26,946 nucleotides of DNA from a virus (IMGVR_UViG_3300032093_000702:1-26946); one strand, 5' to 3'. Positions 1-9,577 are shown, counted from the stretch's first letter. Translations and numbers: made by a program. The notes: generated by a model not told the origin, from the sequence alone.

Positions 1-1
1 T

Positions 2-952
2 CGGGAAGTCGATCAGGACAACGCAGAAAAGGAGTTGTTGCAGTGGACGTGGGCGCTTCCGGCAAAACCAAAGGAACAAGATGTTGAGCCTTTGGATTAC
101 AAAGTTGTGATGCATCGGCAGAGCCAATGGAAACGCGGGCTGATGCCGTCTGATGTGGTGACGATATCGGCCGGTGTCGACGTGCGAGAAAAGCAACTCG
201 ACTGGTTCGTGACAGCAAAGAGAGACAACGGGCAGCCGCTTTGCATTGACTTCGGTTTTGAACCAATTATGCGAGAAATGACCGATCTGAAGACAGCAAT
301 CAAGCAGGCAATCAGATACCTCCAAGAGAAATTTGACAAAGGATGGGAAGTCGAAGGGCGTCCGGGGCTGCGTGGAATAGACATCGCTCTGATTGACATC
401 GGATGGGAGACAGACACGGTTCGAGAGGGCCTAAACGAGCATCAACTTTGGCGACGTGCAAAGGGGTTCGGATTCAAGCAACACGCAGGATCCGCCTACG
501 TATCGCCGCAAAACAAGAATCGACAGATGCACCAAATAGGAGAGGGATGGCACGATGTTGTTTTGGTGAGATCAAACAAGCGATTTCGAGAGCTGGAGAA
601 CAACGCGGACCACTGGAAGCGAAGAGTTCACCAGGCTTTGACGGTCGCGGCCGATAGCTCGGCGGCTTTATTGCTTCCGAAGACCGAAAAGGTTGAGCGA
701 CGAATTGAAATTGCGAAGCAACTGACGGCGGAACGTGAAACGACTCAATTCGAAGTCGGGAAAGGCACGGTGAGAAAATGGGTCCAGACATTCACGAGAA
801 ACCACCTTCTTGACGCTTGTTATATGTCTTTCGTTGGGCTCAGCGTGGCGGAATATGAGTCAGAAAAGGCACGGAAAAAGGCGGCGAATACGCCATCGAA
901 TGGCGTGATTTCAGGGAAAAAAGCAGAGCCTTTTGTAAGGAAACGCAAGTGA
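2..952 (+). CDS. Terminase large subunit, lambda GpA family, C-terminal nuclease region (5'-truncated by the window edge)
   Basis: Frame is open from base 2. Motifs 'ISAGVDV', 'IALIDIG' and 'RNHLLDACYM' are typical of the GpA nuclease domain; lies upstream of gpW and portal. Confidence 0.8.
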   Translation, partial: REVDQDNAEKELLQWTWALPAKPKEQDVEPLDYKVVMHRQSQWKRGLMPSDVVTISAGVDVREKQLDWFVTAKRDNGQPLCIDFGFEPIMREMTDLKTAIKQAIRYLQEKFDKGWEVEGRPGLRGIDIALIDIGWETDTVREGLNEHQLWRRAKGFGFKQHAGSAYVSPQNKNRQMHQIGEGWHDVVLVRSNKRFRELENNADHWKRRVHQALTVAADSSAALLLPKTEKVERRIEIAKQLTAERETTQFEVGKGTVRKWVQTFTRNHLLDACYMSFVGLSVAEYESEKARKKAANTPSNGVISGKKAEPFVRKRK

Positions 953-1158
953 AGCCACTGAAAGAGCCGGGATATGTGCAGAAGACTCGACAATATTTTC
1001 ATTGCAGCGTTGCCACGGGAAACGGATGTTGTCCAGCCTGTGGAAAGTTCGCATCTGTCGGCAGGTCAAAAGATGAATCGGGATTTCGAACACAGTACCG
1101 ATACTGTTCGTGCGGGAATAGTTTTCAAACCGTTATCAGGTTGGTTCTAAATGATTAG
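949..1158 (+). CDS. Small zinc-ribbon protein, Ogr/Delta-like
   Basis: CPACG...QYRYCSCG.SF pattern; GTGA overlap with the terminase stop. Confidence 0.6.
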   Translation: MKPLKEPGYVQKTRQYFHCSVATGNGCCPACGKFASVGRSKDESGFRTQYRYCSCGNSFQTVIRLVLND

Positions 1159-1203
1159 AACACTACACTGCCGCCGATCGCGTAGCCAATGCAATATGCT
1201 CGC

Positions 1204-1437
1204 ATGGCACGCTCAGCATCTGAACGATTAACGCTGTTTGAGAACATCCGCGACAAGGTGGAATCAGCCCTTGCGTCTGGATCTCCAGTCGTTTCGTATT
1301 CAGTCGACGGCCAAACTGTTCAGAAGGAACCAACCTCAACCTGGCTGGCTGAACTTGACGCACGAATCGCTGACCTTCGATCGCAGGCCGGAACTGGTCT
1401 TGCTGGTCGTAAGAACCTTGTGAGGTTCCAGCGATGA
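1204..1437 (+). CDS. Head completion / head-tail joining protein, gpW-like
   Basis: 'SYSVDGQTV...LAELDARIADL' pattern; immediately before portal with ATGA overlap. Start could also be 1189. Confidence 0.65.
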   Translation: MARSASERLTLFENIRDKVESALASGSPVVSYSVDGQTVQKEPTSTWLAELDARIADLRSQAGTGLAGRKNLVRFQR

Positions 1438-3059
1438 CAAAATCCCCTTACGTCCAGCGAATCGAAAAAGCAAAACTGCCAACAAGGTTTGACCGAGTTC
1501 TTTTTGTAGTGTCCCCTGATCGGGCGGCAAAGCGTGTAAGGGCTCGTGTTGATCACGAAATTCGCATGATGATGAGCGAGCGAGCCGTCGAAAGGTTCGC
1601 AGCCTACGAAGGCGCGGAGAATGACCGAATTCGCGGCGAAAAGTGGTTGACGAGCAAGCTCAGCAGCAACGACCAGTTGCAGACGGAACTTGAAACGCTC
1701 GTTGATCGGTCGTTGGATTTGTACCGCAACGATTGTTACGCAGCATCGGCAATCAATGGCCGCGTTGACAACGTGATTGGAGCGGGGATTCGTCCACAGT
1801 CACGAGTTCAGCCAGAACGCGGCATTATCACGCCAGCGAAGGCCGAAGAATTCAACGTTATGGCTGAATGGCTGTTTTCGCGATGGGCCAAAATTGAGCG
1901 ATTCTACGCGAAACAGCGACAGCTTGAGCGTTGCAACGGAATCTATGGGGAAAGCTGGCTGGACATCGGCAACGATGACAATCCAACAAAGCCAGTATCG
2001 CTTTCTGTGCAGGTGATTTCACCGCAGAGAATCCCCATCGTATCGTATCAGCAGTTGAAGACAGGCGATCGTCGTCGTCTCGGCTTGCGTCTGGATTCAA
2101 AATCGCAAGGAGTGGCGGCTTATGTGCGGCGTTCACATCCGGGCGATTCAGAGGCCTATGACCAAACGGAAGACGAAAGAAGCATTGGAACAGAAATTCT
2201 CCACTGCTTCGAAGAGCTGTTCCCCGGACAATTGCGAGGCGTTCCGTGGATCGCTCCGGCGATGGCGAGACTTAAAGACCTAAAGGACTTTGTTCACGCG
2301 AATCTCATCGCTGAACAGGTCGCAGCGTGCCATTCAGCATTTATCACGGGCATCACAGATCCGGTTGTCATCGCTGAACAAGGCCGATCTCGAAGCAATC
2401 TCGAGGATCTGTCACCAGGAACAATTCAGTATCTCGCCGATGGTGAGGGCGTGGCGTTTTCTGATCCTGCAAGACCGGGAACGACGCTCGCTCCATATGT
2501 GGAGTGGGCATTGCATGGCGTGGCAGCCGCGATTCGCTATCCCTATGAGTTGCTGGCGAAACAATTTACCAACAACTTCAGCGGCGGACGGCTTGCCTTA
2601 ATCGACGGCAGAATCACATTCAAGGTTTGGCAGAGTTGCCTGATCGAATCGATGCTGGAACCGGTTTGGGAAAAGTTCATCGACCAATGCGTGTTCCAAG
2701 GGGCAATTGACATTGATCCCGTCGTTTACGAGGCGAACCGCTCCCACTTTTTGCAGCACGCATGGATTCCACCTGGTTGGCCGTGGGTCGATCCTGAAAA
2801 AGAAGTGACGGCAGACTTGGCTGCAATTGCTGGCGGGCTTCAGACGGAAACTGAATCACTGGCAGCACGCGGAAGAGACTTTGACGAAACGCTCGCTCAG
2901 CGTGAACGCGAAGCAATGGCAAAGATGAAGTCACAGGCCCGGATTCGGGACGCGCGAGTTCAACTAGGTTTGCCGGATCCAATGGAACAATCGCGGCCGG
3001 TTGGCAAGCCGTCAGCATCATCGAAAGCGGTTCAGGAGACACAAGATGCCACAGCTTGA
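1434..3059 (+). CDS. Portal protein, lambda gpB family
   Basis: 541 aa; 'DLYRND', 'PGQLRGVPW', 'NFSGGRLAL', 'WPWVDPEKE', 'RGRDFDE' motifs. Confidence 0.95.
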   Translation: MTKSPYVQRIEKAKLPTRFDRVLFVVSPDRAAKRVRARVDHEIRMMMSERAVERFAAYEGAENDRIRGEKWLTSKLSSNDQLQTELETLVDRSLDLYRNDCYAASAINGRVDNVIGAGIRPQSRVQPERGIITPAKAEEFNVMAEWLFSRWAKIERFYAKQRQLERCNGIYGESWLDIGNDDNPTKPVSLSVQVISPQRIPIVSYQQLKTGDRRRLGLRLDSKSQGVAAYVRRSHPGDSEAYDQTEDERSIGTEILHCFEELFPGQLRGVPWIAPAMARLKDLKDFVHANLIAEQVAACHSAFITGITDPVVIAEQGRSRSNLEDLSPGTIQYLADGEGVAFSDPARPGTTLAPYVEWALHGVAAAIRYPYELLAKQFTNNFSGGRLALIDGRITFKVWQSCLIESMLEPVWEKFIDQCVFQGAIDIDPVVYEANRSHFLQHAWIPPGWPWVDPEKEVTADLAAIAGGLQTETESLAARGRDFDETLAQREREAMAKMKSQARIRDARVQLGLPDPMEQSRPVGKPSASSKAVQETQDATA

Positions 3060-4158
3060 AACCGTAGCTGATCCCGCATTGTTTCGAACGAATAGAACAG
3101 CGGAGATGCCTGCAAAGGTTGACCGCAAAGCCAATATCATTTTCGGTGCAAACCTGATGCAGGTTGGCGAGTTAAATGATGGCGATGCGAGACCGTGGAC
3201 CGTGGACGCGGAAACATTGTCGCAAGCTCAACAATTTATGAGTCGCGGCAAAAACGGATCAAAGGCCCGATTCACTCATCCAAATATGTCCAGCGATGGA
3301 ATGGGCTCGTATCTCGGCCGGTGGAAGAATGTTCGCGTTGATGGCGGAACATTACGCGGAGACCTGCACATTGCGGACGCTGCGTTTAAGAGCCCGCAAG
3401 GCGACCTCGGAACCTATGTCATGGATTTGGCCGAAAGCGATCCGGAAGCATTCGGAGTGTCACTTGCCACGCGATTGGATCAAAAAGACCTCGAAGAATT
3501 TGACCGAAAACGCACGGGCGAGAAATGGCCGATGCGGTTTTCAGACATTCGCGCCGGAGACATCGTCGACGAGCCAGCAGCAACACGCGGCGGCATGTTC
3601 GATCTGACGACTCCAGACCTGCGAAACCTTCCTGCTCAGGCAACTCTGTTGCTTTCCACATATTTTGGAGATGCGGAACCTGAAGTGGTCCGAGGTCGCA
3701 TCAATGCCTTCTTGGACCGGTATCTAGCCAATAAAGGACCAACACCAATGGCCGACGAAAAACCAGTTGAAGAGATCGTTGAACCAACGGAAACGCCCGT
3801 TGAGGAAACTACAAAGACAGCAACCGAGACGGAACCGACTGCAGATCTGTCCACAGATCTCGCTGCTGTGGAGCGGGACCGATGCAAGAAAATCCGGGCC
3901 TTGTGTGAACTGGCCGGAGCATCCGACAAGTTCAACACGTTCGTTGATAACAATTTCAGCGTTGCGGAAACACAGGCCGCACTGCGTGATATCGTCGCGA
4001 AGAAAAGCCCGGTTCTGTCTCAGGCTGTCGCCCAGGAATCAGAATCCAGCGAAGACGCAAAGCTAAAAGCTGAATACGCGGAAATGGTCAAGTTCAAGGT
4101 GACGATGGGGCAGTCTGAAGCAGACTACATCGCACACGCACGAAAAAAAACTGCCTGA
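3046..4158 (+). CDS. Prohead protease-scaffold protein
   Basis: AGGAG at 3034-3038 before ATG 3046; between portal and capsid; 'RFTH', 'AFGVS', 'DIVDEPA' fit a prohead protease; acidic low-complexity linker then helical C-terminus. Confidence 0.7.
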   Translation: MPQLETVADPALFRTNRTAEMPAKVDRKANIIFGANLMQVGELNDGDARPWTVDAETLSQAQQFMSRGKNGSKARFTHPNMSSDGMGSYLGRWKNVRVDGGTLRGDLHIADAAFKSPQGDLGTYVMDLAESDPEAFGVSLATRLDQKDLEEFDRKRTGEKWPMRFSDIRAGDIVDEPAATRGGMFDLTTPDLRNLPAQATLLLSTYFGDAEPEVVRGRINAFLDRYLANKGPTPMADEKPVEEIVEPTETPVEETTKTATETEPTADLSTDLAAVERDRCKKIRALCELAGASDKFNTFVDNNFSVAETQAALRDIVAKKSPVLSQAVAQESESSEDAKLKAEYAEMVKFKVTMGQSEADYIAHARKKTA

Positions 4159-4210
4159 CGTTTGCGGCGTTTTGTTCATTCATTTCAATCCAGAATAAGG
4201 AGAGCCGCAA

Positions 4211-4807
4211 ATGGCGGTCACAGCGAATCAGATTGTTAAAAAGCAAGAGGGGTGCGTGCGATCGTACCCAGTTGCAGCGGTTCACATCTACGAAGGCACG
4301 CTGGTCTTTCTCACTGCGGCCGGATACGCCACGGACGTGACCGCTACAGGCGTCAACGGCTTCGTCGGTATTGCCAAAGAGGAAGTTGATAACTCGGCTG
4401 GAAGTGCTGGTGATCTCAGCATCGAAGTTTGGGTTGAGGGTGACTTTGAACTTACTGTCACCGGTGGTGCTCAGGCGGAAGTCGGTTCTATCGTTTACGG
4501 CGACGACAACTATGCCTGCGTCTTCGCAATCGGATCGACGAGCGTCCCGATTGGCCGATGCGTCAAGCATGTGAGCAGCACGAAAGCTATCGTTGAAATT
4601 CGGCCAAAGGGTGTGGGTGCTTTGCCAGTGGCTGCACTTACAACTGTAACCATCGCCGATGCCGCTGGCACACCGGACTATGCTTTGTCGGCACTGACGA
4701 CATCGAGTCCTTACGGGCTGGCGACAGCAGCGGAAGCAATCACCCTGCTGTATGTGATCAAGAACCTGCAGGAACGAGTTCTTGCGTTGGAAAATCGCAT
4801 TCTCTGA
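4211..4807 (+). CDS. Head decoration / capsid cement protein with C-terminal extension
   Basis: AGGAG RBS; 'YPVAA..IYEG..V', 'FVGIA.E.VDN..G.AGD' beta-rich pattern; directly before the capsid gene. Confidence 0.7.
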   Translation: MAVTANQIVKKQEGCVRSYPVAAVHIYEGTLVFLTAAGYATDVTATGVNGFVGIAKEEVDNSAGSAGDLSIEVWVEGDFELTVTGGAQAEVGSIVYGDDNYACVFAIGSTSVPIGRCVKHVSSTKAIVEIRPKGVGALPVAALTTVTIADAAGTPDYALSALTTSSPYGLATAAEAITLLYVIKNLQERVLALENRIL

Positions 4808-4863
4808 TTTTGTGTTTCCGATGCGGAAACCGTTTTTGTGAATCATCATAAAAGGAAATAACA

Positions 4864-5793
4864 ATGGCTTTGGACACAGCAAAAGCAGTGGCCGCATCAC
4901 GATCGTTGACTGCGAAGTTCAACCGTGAATCATCAGCGGTCAAAACATGGTATCCGACTATCTCAACCATCGCGCCGAGCGATGGGGCAGATGAGTCTTA
5001 TGGGATTCTCGGAGCAATGCCGAGTGTTCGCGAGTACCTGGGAGATCGGCAGTACAGCAAATTGCGTGGGGCAACCTACACGCTCGCGAATAAGGAATGG
5101 GAAGTCTCCCTGGAGATTGAAAAGAAGGACATCGCAGACGACAGGCTGAGCCTGTACGACGGTGCCTTGACATCACTGGCACAGAGAGCAGCCCGCCATC
5201 CTGATAAGCTGCTGATGACGGCAATCGTCAACGGCGAATCAACAACCTGTTTTGACGGGCAGTATTTCTTCGACACAGATCACAGCTGGGGTTCTTCAGG
5301 ATCTCAGGACAACGATCTCACCGGAGCGGCTGCAACGGCAACACAGCCTACCGTGGCCGAGTTTCTGGCAAGCTACGAAACGATGAGAGCCCAGATGCTT
5401 TCATTTGTTGACGACAATGGCGAACCGCTTCACGAGGATGTCATTACCGGCATGGATTCCGGTATGCAGTTCGTGGCTTTGGTTCCGCCTGAATTTGAAA
5501 CAGTTGCCAAGACTGCTTTCAATCAGTCTCTGAAAGGCAATGGCGAAAGCAACATCGTTTTGGACCGGCCAACAGTTTGCTGCTCAACGCATTTAACCAG
5601 CGCGGCAAAGTGGTATCTGTTCCGCGTCGATGTCCCTTTGAAGCCGTTCATCTTCCAAGCTCGTGAACCTCTATCATCAACCACTGCCGGCATGGATGAC
5701 ATGAACACAAAAACGATGCAGTTCGGCACATATGCCAGATACAACATCGGTTACGGTGCATGGTGGAACGCTGTTCTCTACACGTTCACCTAA
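4864..5793 (+). CDS. Major capsid protein, Mu gpT family
   Basis: 'LGAMPSVREYLGDR', 'NKEWE.SLEI...DI.DD', 'CFDGQYFFDTDH', 'KPFIFQ.RE', 'RYNIGYG.W' are gpT-family motifs. Confidence 0.92.
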   Translation: MALDTAKAVAASRSLTAKFNRESSAVKTWYPTISTIAPSDGADESYGILGAMPSVREYLGDRQYSKLRGATYTLANKEWEVSLEIEKKDIADDRLSLYDGALTSLAQRAARHPDKLLMTAIVNGESTTCFDGQYFFDTDHSWGSSGSQDNDLTGAAATATQPTVAEFLASYETMRAQMLSFVDDNGEPLHEDVITGMDSGMQFVALVPPEFETVAKTAFNQSLKGNGESNIVLDRPTVCCSTHLTSAAKWYLFRVDVPLKPFIFQAREPLSSTTAGMDDMNTKTMQFGTYARYNIGYGAWWNAVLYTFT

Positions 5794-5884
5794 TGGCGGT
5801 GAAATTTGAGCAACGGAACCGGCGACGGCCGGTTCCGGCTCTGTGAGCATCCGCCATGCTCGCAGGGCATTTTGTGGCGGCGGA
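5794..5884 (+). ncRNA. Structured element downstream of gpT (two hairpins with pseudoknot potential)
   Basis: 10-bp stem 5814-5823/5828-5837; 13-bp stem (with G-U pairs) 5838-5850/5856-5868 with loop CCGCC complementary to GGCGG at 5795 and 5876. Confidence 0.5.
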
Positions 5885-5899
5885 ATTGGAGTTCATGAA

Positions 5900-6187
5900 A
5901 TGGCAGTCAAAGAATTACCAAAGTCAATCACGGTCAAAAAAGGTCCACTCGCAACGGGAACGACGTTCGCGTTTCGGGCCTTCAAAAACAAGGTCGACAA
6001 GGACGGAAAAGAAATCGACGAATCCGGCAATATCGAGGTTGGGGATTCGCCAGTCACGATCAAACTGGACACGGCAGACGCTATTCGAGTGAGTCTGGGC
6101 AAAAGTGTTCTTTCGATGGTTCAGAAGGGCTATTTGACGGACGTGAATGCCCCACCTCGCAAGAAGTTTGCGGAGAAAGGTGAATAG
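5900..6187 (+). CDS. Hypothetical protein after capsid gene
   Basis: GGAG at 5888-5891 before ATG 5900; stop overlaps the next start. Confidence 0.7.
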   Translation: MAVKELPKSITVKKGPLATGTTFAFRAFKNKVDKDGKEIDESGNIEVGDSPVTIKLDTADAIRVSLGKSVLSMVQKGYLTDVNAPPRKKFAEKGE

Positions 6188-6801
6188 TGAACCTCCGCGA
6201 GCAAATGGCCGTCGATGCGTGTGCGATCCTGAACACCGATGAACTCGGAGAGCAGGCATTGTGGACGCCCTACGGCCAAAGCTCCGGATCGAATCGAACA
6301 GTTCGCCTGATTGAACAACCAGACCTGCAAACAATTAGGCGGGCGTTCGTCTGGACGATTCAGAAGACAACGGCAACACGTCAAGGTGATTTGTTTCGCG
6401 TTAAGCGTGGCAACATTACTTCGACGTGGCGAGTTCTCTACACAGATCCGGCGGAGACTGCTTTGCAGCGGTCTCATTGCCACCTTCAGTTGACTGACAC
6501 AATCAAGGCGGTTCGTCGGCCGAAGTACAAGCGGGCGAGCGGGGCAGATGCCTCGATTACTTCCGAGGTTGCGGCCGCGTACCGCTGCCAGTGGTTTCAA
6601 TCATCGGCAGAGATTGACATAGAAAGCAAACGTCGATCAATGCAGGGCGAATGGTATTGCGTTGTAGAAGAAGTTCCGGAACTGGACACTGATATCACGT
6701 TGACGGATTCGAATGGCAGATCGTTTAGGGTTGATCGACTTGAAAAGGGTTTCAACCGCGATGAATTGCCGTATCTGATTTGCTCAAGGTCGGATGTATG
6801 A
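6187..6801 (+). CDS. Probable head-tail connector / head closure protein
   Basis: 'LREQMAVD...ILNTDELGE' resembles lambda FII-like N-termini; neck position; overlaps both neighbours. Confidence 0.55.
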   Translation: MNLREQMAVDACAILNTDELGEQALWTPYGQSSGSNRTVRLIEQPDLQTIRRAFVWTIQKTTATRQGDLFRVKRGNITSTWRVLYTDPAETALQRSHCHLQLTDTIKAVRRPKYKRASGADASITSEVAAAYRCQWFQSSAEIDIESKRRSMQGEWYCVVEEVPELDTDITLTDSNGRSFRVDRLEKGFNRDELPYLICSRSDV

Positions 6802-6983
6802 GCATCAAAAGAATTGATCGAACAGTTCAGATGATGCGAGAACTGCAGAAGGAGACGGCAGACGCACTCGAGGCGGCGGCATTAAAGTTGAAAACGATTT
6901 CTCAGCAGTCAGTCAGCAGGCGATACGTGAGACGGCCCGGGACCAGAACGGTGGCGCAACAAGATGGCCAAACGCAAACCTAA
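6798..6983 (+). CDS. Short ORF resembling the N-terminal helices of an HK97 gp10-like neck protein
   Basis: ATGA overlap at 6798; 'ADALEAAALKLKTISQQSVS' helix. Confidence 0.5.
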   Translation: MSIKRIDRTVQMMRELQKETADALEAAALKLKTISQQSVSRRYVRRPGTRTVAQQDGQTQT

Positions 6984-7794
6984 GACGCTTCGATACCGAG
7001 CCGGGAAGCTGCTTTCAGCAACCTCAAAGGCAGGACGAAAGCGGGTGAAGGCTGCGAAAAAAAACATCGCAAAAAGAATCAAGGTAGTTAGCAAGAAAGT
7101 AAACAAAGGGAAAAAACGGGCGACACGGTTTCTCAAGTCAAACTCGCTTTCTAAGGCTGTCACGAGACGGGCAAAAAAAGCGAATAGACAAGCAAAGAAG
7201 GCGTCAAAAGCATTAAAGCGAATTGGCAAGAGAAGGCTAAGAGAGGCCAGAAGAAGGCTGAAGAAGTTGCCGGGGCAAACACGCAAGGCAAAGCGATTTG
7301 CGAAGAAAACACTCAGGGCGGCATCGAAGAACACAACGCGGTTTTTTAAGGCTCGAAAGAAGGCCGCAAGACTTCGAGAACGAGAGAGAAAGATTCAGGC
7401 GAGAGATCAGAAACGAGCATTGAGAGCGGAGCAGCGAGCGAGGACACAACTAGACCTGACAGGCACGGCAGACATTACTGGAGCTCGTGTCAGAACATCA
7501 AATTCGGATCCGGGTGCGAGCAGGCCAGGTGAACCGCCAAAGATGAGGACAGGAAAAGGCAGGTCGTCAATCAAAGCTCAGTTGAGGCTCAAAGGCAAAA
7601 AGCTGGAAAGCCGTGTGTATGTCGACAAGAAGATTGCTCCTTACATGGCAATGTGGGAGTTTCGAAACGACGGCGAGGGCAGACCGTTTTTGAAGCCTGC
7701 AGTTGAAGACAACAAAGAAGAATTTAGCAAATTGATTGGGACTGAATTGAAGCAGGCCAACAAAGGCGGCAAGAAGAAAGCGGTTGTTAAGTGA
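6964..7794 (+). CDS. K/R-rich protein with C-terminal HK97 gp10-like neck domain
   Basis: First ~160 aa dominated by K, R and A; C-terminal 'SRPGEPP..RTG..RSSI...Y...WE.....RPFLKPA'. Confidence 0.75.
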   Translation: MAKRKPKTLRYRAGKLLSATSKAGRKRVKAAKKNIAKRIKVVSKKVNKGKKRATRFLKSNSLSKAVTRRAKKANRQAKKASKALKRIGKRRLREARRRLKKLPGQTRKAKRFAKKTLRAASKNTTRFFKARKKAARLRERERKIQARDQKRALRAEQRARTQLDLTGTADITGARVRTSNSDPGASRPGEPPKMRTGKGRSSIKAQLRLKGKKLESRVYVDKKIAPYMAMWEFRNDGEGRPFLKPAVEDNKEEFSKLIGTELKQANKGGKKKAVVK

Positions 7795-8219
7795 GCACTG
7801 GTCTCGATCAATGTTTAATCGAACGCTGGAAAGGAACTGCGGGCCTCGTGTCCATGATTCCTGCTGAGCGAGTCGGAACAGAGATCATTCAAACAAACGA
7901 AACAATCGACGCGGACAAAGATCAGGACGGACATTTTGACGACTGCGTTGTTTTGCAAGTTGCGACAGAACCGCACTGGAGAACAAACAGCGGACGAGGC
8001 TGGAAAAGCCAAGTGAAAGTGTCAGTCATGTCAATTGATTACGACAGAGGCAAGACTGTCGCTCAGCGTTGTGAAACGCTTTGGGATAGTGGAACGTTTA
8101 CAGGATCAGAGTCAGTCATTTCGTTCAGCCGGTCAAGTGGTATTTCATCCGAACAGGATGAGTCAACCGGCGTCTGGGACAGCACAGTAAGTTTTGAAAT
8201 TCATCACAATGGAGTTTGA
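7791..8219 (+). CDS. Probable tail terminator / tail completion protein
   Basis: 142 aa, acidic; GTGA overlap; follows the gp10-like gene. Confidence 0.55.
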   Translation: MSTGLDQCLIERWKGTAGLVSMIPAERVGTEIIQTNETIDADKDQDGHFDDCVVLQVATEPHWRTNSGRGWKSQVKVSVMSIDYDRGKTVAQRCETLWDSGTFTGSESVISFSRSSGISSEQDESTGVWDSTVSFEIHHNGV

Positions 8220-8221
8220 AT

Positions 8222-8629
8222 ATGGCAGACTTTTCGGTAACCGCTGCAAGCGTCGTTAAGACCGCGAACACGGCAATCAGTGAAGGCATCGCAGGTGCGA
8301 CGATTACGGCAGGGATGGCTGTCTATATCGACACAAGCGACAGCAGCAAACTGAAGGGTTGCGATGCTGATGCATCGGCGTCCAGTGTTGCGGCTGGTAT
8401 TGCCCTGCATGGGGCCGCAAACGGTCAACCGCTGAAGTATGCGACAAGCGGAAACCTCACATTTAACGCGGCATTTGCAGCTGGTGACTGTGTTTGCGTG
8501 TCAACGACAGTCGGCGGGGTCGCTCCTTACGCAGACTTGGCATCTGGCGATTTCGTGACGATTCTCGGGATCGCAACGTCGACGACGAATCTGAAGATTC
8601 AAATCAACGCCAGCGAAACTGCGAAGTAA
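8222..8629 (+). CDS. Second cement/decoration-like structural protein
   Basis: GGAG at 8211; 'AGATITAGMAVY', 'GIALHGA..GQP' small-residue beta pattern. Confidence 0.55.
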   Translation: MADFSVTAASVVKTANTAISEGIAGATITAGMAVYIDTSDSSKLKGCDADASASSVAAGIALHGAANGQPLKYATSGNLTFNAAFAAGDCVCVSTTVGGVAPYADLASGDFVTILGIATSTTNLKIQINASETAK

Positions 8630-8673
8630 GTCAGGCTGCCGTTTCTCTTCATTCATAACAAGGACTCACGACA

Positions 8674-9078
8674 ATGGCAGCAGGAACTCCGCTCACTGGC
8701 AATACGATGACATTCAAGATTGCCGGAACGGCCGTCGACCACACAGCAAAGTGGACCGTCAAGGGCACAGCGGCAAAGGGGCGATACGCCAGCAACTCAA
8801 CGGCCGGCGGTCGCAAGACGACTGTCGGCGTTAAGGACTGGTCAGGTTCGGCCACACTGTTCATCCATGCTGGGGCCACCATGGCAATGGTGATCGGCAC
8901 TGAATACAGCGTTGTCTGTCATGGCACAGCATCGAGCGACACAATCACTGGCACAATAATTGTAACTGATGTTGGCGACATCACGTTCGATGCTGATTCC
9001 GGTGAACCGGTTGCGTGCGATTTTGCTTTTGACTTCCAAGGCATTCCAACAGGTGCCGGCGCTTTCACTCTCAACTAA
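8674..9078 (+). CDS. Major tail tube protein
   Basis: 134 aa; 'GVKDWSGS', C-terminal 'FDFQG'; immediately before the G/GT chaperones and tape measure. Confidence 0.75.
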   Translation: MAAGTPLTGNTMTFKIAGTAVDHTAKWTVKGTAAKGRYASNSTAGGRKTTVGVKDWSGSATLFIHAGATMAMVIGTEYSVVCHGTASSDTITGTIIVTDVGDITFDADSGEPVACDFAFDFQGIPTGAGAFTLN

Positions 9079-9091
9079 TCAGGAGTAATCC

Positions 9092-9577
9092 ATGGCGGAT
9101 GGATTGTTCAATCTCTGCGGTCGGCGGACCGCAGAACTTAGTAAAGACGGCAAAACCTACCGGCTTGAAATCCGGTCGCTCGCTGACTACGCAAAAAAAG
9201 AGGAAGCGATTCTTTCCCGCGTTGGTAATCCTTACGCGGGGATTGAATCTATCAAAGATCGTGCGGTTCAACAGATGGCACTCAAGATAGCAGCTGACAC
9301 GGTCGCACGTCCGCTCATTGCCACGATGGTGGATGAGGATCGATTTGATAGGTCAATGCGTGGACTGTCTTGGTCAATTTGGCGAGCGATGGGAAAGAAT
9401 CACGCGACGGAGTTTCCACAGGAGCTGCCAATCGAACAGGGTATTCAGCTCGGTGCCAACTTCATCGACTGGTTTGGTGACATTAACGGCATCGTTGAGG
9501 CAATCCATAAGATAGAAGAGAAGTCTGAACTGGGAAACTCAAATGGCCTGACGGAAGCGGCGGCGTCGGGCCAGTGA
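9092..9577 (+). CDS. Tail assembly chaperone G
   Basis: AGGAG RBS; between tail tube and tape measure; in-frame G GGA AAC near the 3' end. Confidence 0.75.
   Translation: MADGLFNLCGRRTAELSKDGKTYRLEIRSLADYAKKEEAILSRVGNPYAGIESIKDRAVQQMALKIAADTVARPLIATMVDEDRFDRSMRGLSWSIWRAMGKNHATEFPQELPIEQGIQLGANFIDWFGDINGIVEAIHKIEEKSELGNSNGLTEAAASGQ

Noticed and set aside
1159-1203. Ogr-type late activator site (CTAC...GTAG dyad)
   Set aside because: Only a 4-bp dyad, does not match the P2 TGT-N12-ACA pattern, and no second copy was found.
4094-4900. Long minus-strand ORF (268 aa) and similar antisense or alternative-frame ORFs
   Set aside because: Shadows of well-supported + strand genes, with no motifs or RBS.
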